Below, piece by piece: positions 34,101 through 40,061 of a stretch of DNA of 40,061 nucleotides. Location: positions 96,548,937 through 96,588,997 of the forward strand of contig NC_068982.1 of the NCBI RefSeq assembly GCF_001194135.2, written 5' to 3'. How positions within the stretch are numbered: the stretch's first letter is position 1; each line of letters opens with the position of its first letter. Position numbers and translations under genes: made by a program. The stretch comes from Octopus bimaculoides (Eukaryota). Below the pieces are notes generated by a model that was not told the DNA's origin, ran no database searches, and worked only from the letters and a program-made list of their open reading frames with translations.

Positions 34101-34577
34101 AAATAATGATGATGATGATACATACACATATATGTGCATGTGTAATGGTGATTTATTGTTCTTCTGTTAGTTTTGACAATCAACATTCAGGTGTTTAGTT
34201 AACTGACCTACCTACTCCTTAAATTAATATGTAAGTGGCTGAATATTCCACAGACGTATATACGCTTAATATAATTCATAAGCCAAATGAGCAAGACACA
34301 ATACGTAATAAAGCTTGAGTTTTCAATTGCACACACAATCTATCCGACAGGTTTTCTCTCTGCCAAATTTCATTTGCATCATGCCATACGATCAAATCCA
34401 ATACCTGACATTTGCAAAGCAAACTTATCCACTTAGCTATACCTGCATCCATATGTGTGTTTGTATTTGCATTCTTTTATTTCTTCAATGTCTTCTCAGC
34501 TCTACATGTTTACTAATTTCTATCATAGATTATACAGCATACATACACATACATTTTTAACTACCATTCTTTCCATG

Positions 34578-34610
<33 letters not shown>

Positions 34611-35789
34611 ACTGTTCTCACTATTTGGCTTTCATCCTGCTGATTGACTGTTAGTCAGTAAATGTATCTCTATCATACCCACAACCTACATATNNNNNNN
34701 NNNNNNNNNNNNNNNNNNNNNNNNNNNNNNNNNNNNNNNNNNNNNNNNNNNNNNNNNNNNNNNNNNNNNNNNNNNNNNNNNNNNNNNNNNNNNNNNNNNN
34801 NNNNNNNNNNNNNNNNNNNNNNNNNNNNNNNNNNNNNNNNNNNNNNNNNNNNNNNNNNNNNNNNNNNNNNNNNNNNNNNNNNNNNNNNNNNNNNNNNNNN
34901 NNNNNNNNNNNNNNNNNNNNNNNNNNNNNNNNNNNNNNNNNNNNNNNNNNNNNNNNNNNNNNNNNNNNNNNNNNNNNNNNNNNNNNNATATATATATATT
35001 GTATATAAATTATTTATTCACATTTTCCCCAAAAAATTATCTTGTATACATAACTACATGCAAAAAAAAAATATATATATATTAAAATGCATACAGTTTT
35101 TTTTTTCTGCATTTACAAAAGACTATTGTTTGATAATAAAAGAAAACAGAATAGAAACTCCCTAAAAAGAAAAAAAAAATTCAATATTTTCCTCACATAA
35201 GGAGAACAATATTACAGATTTCCTTGGAATGAAATGATGTGATAAAAACTCTTGTTTTAATTAAAAATAATGAAAAGAAAGAAAAAAACCCACCTATGTG
35301 TTTCTACAAACATTGTAAATAAAAAGACGTTAATCCAAAATGAGTTTATGAATAAACTATAACAGATTTTAATCTAGCTTTTGTTATTTCATTACCTTTT
35401 TTTTTAGTTGCTTTTTTTTCCTCCATTTTTTTCTTTTAGTGAAATTATGATTTTGCAAAAAGCACCAGTAATTGATGAATCCAGAAAGTAACCTGAAACA
35501 TTAGAACTTTCTTTTTCTCAGAATACAGAAAATATATATGTATATACATCATCATCATCATCATTTTAACATCTACTTTTGTGTGTTTGCATGGGTCAGA
35601 TAGTCTATTGAGATAGATTTTCCACAACTGGATGCCCTTCCTGTCCCTAACCCTCACCTTGTTTCCAAGCAAGGTGATATTTCTCCATGGCCAAACATGT
35701 TCTTGCAGAATAATACTGCCTGTATGACTGACCACCATTTATAACTATTATGTAATGTCAAGGAAAGGAGACACAAACATACACATACT

Positions 35790-36760
35790 CACGCACCACC
35801 CTGTCTTGAATTCTCCTGTTCTGTCTCCAACACTTCTTGTTAACTTCCTAGATATTTCTGTTGCCTTCAAACACTCCTCTCATACCAGAGATTCCTATCA
35901 CAACTTCTCCTCCCACCCTACCAACACCAAACAGTCCATTCTCTACTCTCAATACTTCCATCGCCATCAGCTCTGTAGTGGCAACCATAACTTTGAGACA
36001 TAGTCAACTCATAGCCCACCACTTCACTCAACAATGATACGCTTCCACTGCTATCCAAACCAGCCTTGCCTGTACCTGGTCTGTTGACTGCACATTTGCC
36101 CTCTCTCCCTGTGCCCACCCAACCCTTACCTGCCTCCCTTTTCCCCTTACTTACCATCTCTATGCTAACCCTCCAATGCACTATTTTATGGACTTTCCAC
36201 CAACTCCTATCTGACCCCTCCACCACCCTCATCTTCCACAACCACCTCTCTCCTCTAAATGTGCCTCAACCTATGTGACCTACAGGTATATAGCTTTACC
36301 TCTCCCTGCACTCAATCTAATTCCTTTCCTTGTTCTCATCCACACTGCCACACTTGTCCCTTCCTCTCCAACTCCACCATCCTCACCTGTTCTCACAGTC
36401 ACATCAGAAACTCATTCACTTGCACCTCTAGCAATTAGGTTTACTGCATCCTCTGCTCTTTTTGCCTCTCCCTGTACATTGGACGAACTGGTCAGTGCAA
36501 AGCTGACTATTTTGCTGAACTACTACAGGACATCCGACTTGGTAATAACACCCCAGTTTCATGACATTTCCACTCAACTGTTCATTCCCTGCAACATTTG
36601 TCTGCTTTTGAACTGGCCTTGCACAGAGGCCACCAGGACTCCCTCTTTCATCTGGAGCAGGAATTAATTTTCTCTCACCTTACCCCTCCTCCCTACACAG
36701 TTACACACACCACACATTTCTTACCTTCCTATTGCCCCCTCAACTTCTATCCCCCACACA
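35790..36760 (+). mobile_element. Penelope-like retroelement remnant (RT thumb and GIY-YIG endonuclease)
   Basis: VNFLDISV...SSHPTNTKQSILYSQY...LCSGNHNFET*SQLIAHHFTQ, then NSFTCTSSN*VYCILCSFCLSLYIGRTG (36439-36483)...HFHSTVHSLQHL...LEQELIF. Contains stops and frameshifts. Confidence 0.88.
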
Positions 36761-36859
36761 CCAGCACCCACACTTCCCTCCACCTACAGTATTGCCACCT
36801 GTATTCCACCTAACACCTATCCAATGTGACATCCTCCTATAACTCACATGACAGATTGC

Positions 36860-37330
36860 CTCACATACACACATACATAGGATCAAATATACATACACAA
36901 GCATATGAAAAATACAGGCATGCATTAGCTTCTTACACACGCATACACACTCTTGTCTGATAGCCTCATACACACACACCAATTGAAAATGGACATATAC
37001 ACACATGCACATAAACACTATACGTACATGCAATTGCATCTCACACACATACATCCTAGCCTCATATGCATGCACACATAAACATATGCACAGAGTATGC
37101 AATCACAGTAGCTTCATCATACACATATGCATACTTGAACACACACACTCCTCTAAAAGTCTCATACATACACATGCCTCTACACCACACATGTATACAT
37201 ACATATAAACACATGGAATATATACACACAGACACATGTACATACCCATACACACATTAGCTTTATATACAAACATGCTTGCTCTCACACATACACATGC
37301 AGAAGTGCTTACTCACATACACATACATAC
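36860..37330. repeat. Long degenerate CA/CATA microsatellite
   Basis: Continuous imperfect cacacatacat units. Explains the many His/Thr and Cys/Val ORFs in the track. Confidence 0.9.
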
Positions 37331-37809
37331 GCCAGATCACTATTATTCCCCTTACCGCCCATGCTTCAAGCCAACTTCTTCCTTTTCTAGCCATTTCAGC
37401 ATAAGGTAACCGTCTAATTGAAACATATGTCTTTTCTCTCTTCATCTATCCTTTCCATAGAAGAGCATATGCCCAAAATGTTTTGTGAATGTAAACCTAA
37501 TACAGTTGATTTTTTTACCACAGCTTCATGTTTTGTGTTTTTTACTTTTGTACTCTCTTCCCCCCCCCCTCTCTCTCTCTCTCTCATATATATTTATATA
37601 TATATATATATATACACATACAAGCAATATAAAAACAAAACAGCAAAAGCCAAAAGGATGTACCCAGAGAATGTATTAGGTTGACGCTCAGTATAAGATG
37701 GTAGAAGGATAGAGTGTGTAACATTTCAAGGATGAAACTTCATCAGAAAGAAGAGAGAGAGGAAAGGTCCTGTATAAATTCACACACACACACACACATA
37801 TATATGCAA

Positions 37810-37960
37810 CAAGCTTCTTTCAGCTTCCATCTGGCAAATCCACTCACAAGACTTTGGTTGCCCTGAAGCTATAGTAGAAGACACTTGTCCCAGATGCTAC
37901 ACTGTGCAGCTGAACCCAGAGCCATGTGGTTGAGAAGCAAACTTCTTGCCATATAGCCAC
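37810..37960 (-). mobile_element. SINE-like repeat head
   Basis: Reverse complement gtgtggctatatggcaagaagtttgcttctcaaccacatggctctgggttcagc...; relatives at ~12420-12540 (+) and ~17670-17825 (-). Confidence 0.6.
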
Positions 37961-38102
37961 ACCCACACATATATAAGATCCAAGATATATATATATATAC
38001 TCTTTACTCTTTATTCTTTTTCTTGTCATTTGACTGTGGCCATGCTGGAGCACCGCCTTTAGTCAAGCAAATCACCCCCAAGACTTATTCTTTGTAAGCC
38101 TA

Positions 38103-38133
<31 letters not shown>

Positions 38134-38613
38134 AACAAAAGTGAGCTAAGAAAAAGAATTTAAATCAGTCAGTGGCATGTAGTTAACAAAGACAAATACA
38201 AGCATCTCTACTTCTAGAGGATGTGTCATAATAACCAAATGGCAAATAAGACCGTATTAGAAGGAGAAATAATATCAAGTGTCAAGAATTTGACCATGTT
38301 GGCATGTTATTAAGGAAAAGACAAGCTTATATAGAGAGAGAGGGTTCCAAAGAATAAACAGAAACACAACAAAGAAATAAACAGAATATTCACACAAGAC
38401 ACAGACGTTGTTCTTTCTTCATCAGTATTTGTCCAAAAGAATCCTTACAATTTCACAACTTTAACCGATAATATTCTTCATATTTGGTGGCATCAACAGC
38501 AAGAAGCTGCTGGGAATAGTGACCAAATGTTGAGGACAGAGGTGAAAACAAACATGGTACAAATGTGAATATATAAACAAAATAAAAGATGAATATACAC
38601 ACAAATATTAAGA

Positions 38614-38990
38614 TTATGAAGACGGGGAAAGCCCACCAGCCCATCAGGAATCACTGCAGAGATGCTCAAAATATCTGGCAGTGTCAGCTATAGCCTAGTC
38701 ACCCGTATTGTTAACCAGTTGATACACGAAGGAGTCATACCCAATGACTGGTGTAGCAGCACCATAGTCAGCTGCTACAAAGGTAAAGGTGACGCTTTAG
38801 ATACAAATAATTACAGAGGTATCAAGTTGTTAGATCAGGTAATGAAAGTCACGGAGAGGGTCATAGCCCAAGTAATTAGGGAGCGAATCAGTTTAGATGA
38901 GATGCAGTTTGGGTTTGTGCCTGGGAAAAGCACCATTGATGCTATATTTCTAGTAAGACAGCTGCAGGAAAAATACCTAGCCAAAGATAG
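38614..38990 (+). mobile_element. RTE-clade LINE internal fragment (start of RT)
   Basis: MKTGKA..PSGITAEMLKISG...IPNDWCSSTIVSCYKGKGDALDTNNYRGIKLLDQVMKVTERVI...QFGFVPGKSTIDAIFLVRQLQEKYLAKD. Confidence 0.92.
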
Positions 38991-39720
38991 CTGAATTAAC
39001 CGATCAATAGGAACTCTTTCTCTTACATCTTCCTCATTTTCATCACTGCTTTCTTCTTCACTGTCTTGCTGCTGGTGATTTACAACCATCTGCACAATTT
39101 CTTCGTCAGAATAATGATGAACAACAGCTGCATTTTCAGCTGATTGCTTTTCCCCCCACATGGCACAAAACTCTAATCCCTGTCAATCCTTGAAATGCTG
39201 CAGCCAGACCTCACTGTAATTGCACTTGTATTCCAGTCTAAGTAATTCGTGGAATGTTTTTCATTTCTTTATTGCTCACAAGGGGCTAAACATAGAGGGG
39301 ACAAACAAGGACAGACAAAGGGATTAAGTCGATTACATCGACCCCAGTGCGTATCTGGTACTTAATTTATCGAACCCGAAAGGATGAAAGGCAAAGTTGA
39401 CCTCGGTGGAATTTGAACTCAGAACGTAACGGCAGACGAAATACTGCTAAGCATTTCGCCCGGCGTGCTAACGTTTCTGCCAACTCGCTGCCATGGAATG
39501 TTTTTGCTTGTTCCTTCACAAGATCACCTGACAGCTCGACACCTTCACTTTCACATAATCTAAACTGCTTCATCAATGCATGATCAAGTTCTACACTTTT
39601 ACCAACCTTCATTGTTTTCCTTTTACACATTTGTTCCTTTGATTCACTGTTAGCAAAGAAACAGAGTAACTGGTCTTTCTGTTCTTTTATGTCGTAAAAT
39701 GTCGTAGGATATAAATGTGT
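38991..39720 (-). mobile_element. Internally deleted Tigger/pogo (CENP-B/JRK-like) transposase remnant, split by a SINE
   Basis: TTFYDIKEQKDQLLCFFANSES...KRKTMKVGKSVELDHAL...LSGDLVKEQAKTFH[SINE]ELLRLEYKCNYSEVWLQHFKD*QGL...GEKQSAENA, then a jump to an acidic tail (SDEEIVQMV...SEEESSDENEED). Confidence 0.8.
39262..39493 (-). mobile_element. Young full-length tRNA-derived SINE
   Basis: A-box-like TGGCAGAAACG and B-box GAGTTCAAATTCC on the minus strand. 12-bp TSD TGGAATGTTTTT at 39250-39261 and 39494-39505. Confidence 0.9.
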
Positions 39721-40061
39721 TCGCATGGCTGATGGTACGCTTGCACTAAATGAGGCTGCAAAGAAAGAGGTCTGGAGATGCCACTACGATAGATTGCTTA
39801 ATAAAGAGAATGAATGGGAGGAAGAGAGCCTGCCGTATGTCGACCCAATAGAGGGACCAACTATCCGAGTTGATAGTACCAGGGTAGATAAAGCAATTAA
39901 GAGTATGAAGACCGGGAAAGCCCCCGGCCCATCAGGAATCACTGCAGAGATGCTCAAAATATCTGGCAGTGTTGGCTATAGCCTAGTCACCCGTATTACG
40001 AACCAGGTGTTACACGAAGGAGTCATACCCAATGACTGGTGTAGCAGCACCATAGTCAACT
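39716..40061 (+). mobile_element. RTE-clade LINE fragment, uninterrupted ORF to the window end
   Basis: VRMADGTLALNEAAKKEVWRCHYDRLLN...VDKAIKSMKTGKAPGPSGITAEMLK...IPNDWCSSTIVN. 39903-40061 is highly similar to 38614-38772. Confidence 0.92.

Noticed and set aside
36740-37288. Cluster of 60-120 aa Cys/Val/His-rich ORFs
   Set aside because: Artefacts of the degenerate CA microsatellite.

Overview
This is AT-rich animal genomic DNA with four N-gaps. The repeat content (RTE LINEs with GAT tails, cephalopod-type SINEs, TA/CA microsatellites) suggests an octopus, which is an inference. The main feature is a + strand MEKK2/MEKK3 (MAP3K2/3) gene, reconstructed by hand from 14 GT-AG coding exons (3900-25005). 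These total 1874 nt with consistent phases and encode an N-terminal PB1 domain, a Ser-rich linker and a C-terminal STE11-type kinase domain. Only the short start-codon exon is missing. Introns and flanks hold many mobile elements: a DD36E Tc1 remnant, a hAT remnant, a Merlin transposase split by an RTE LINE, a near-full-length DD34D mariner, hAT and piggyBac-type MITEs with intact target-site duplications, a Penelope-like element, and an RTE/Tigger/SINE nest. The best leads are the atypical kinase residues (some revertible by A-to-I editing), inverted repeats that could form dsRNA, a ~100-bp foldback hairpin, and unexplained exon-like segments at 31-35.5 kb. I found no clearly novel multi-gene system. 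Protein comparisons are from memory of human MEKK2/3 and transposon family motifs, not from database searches.
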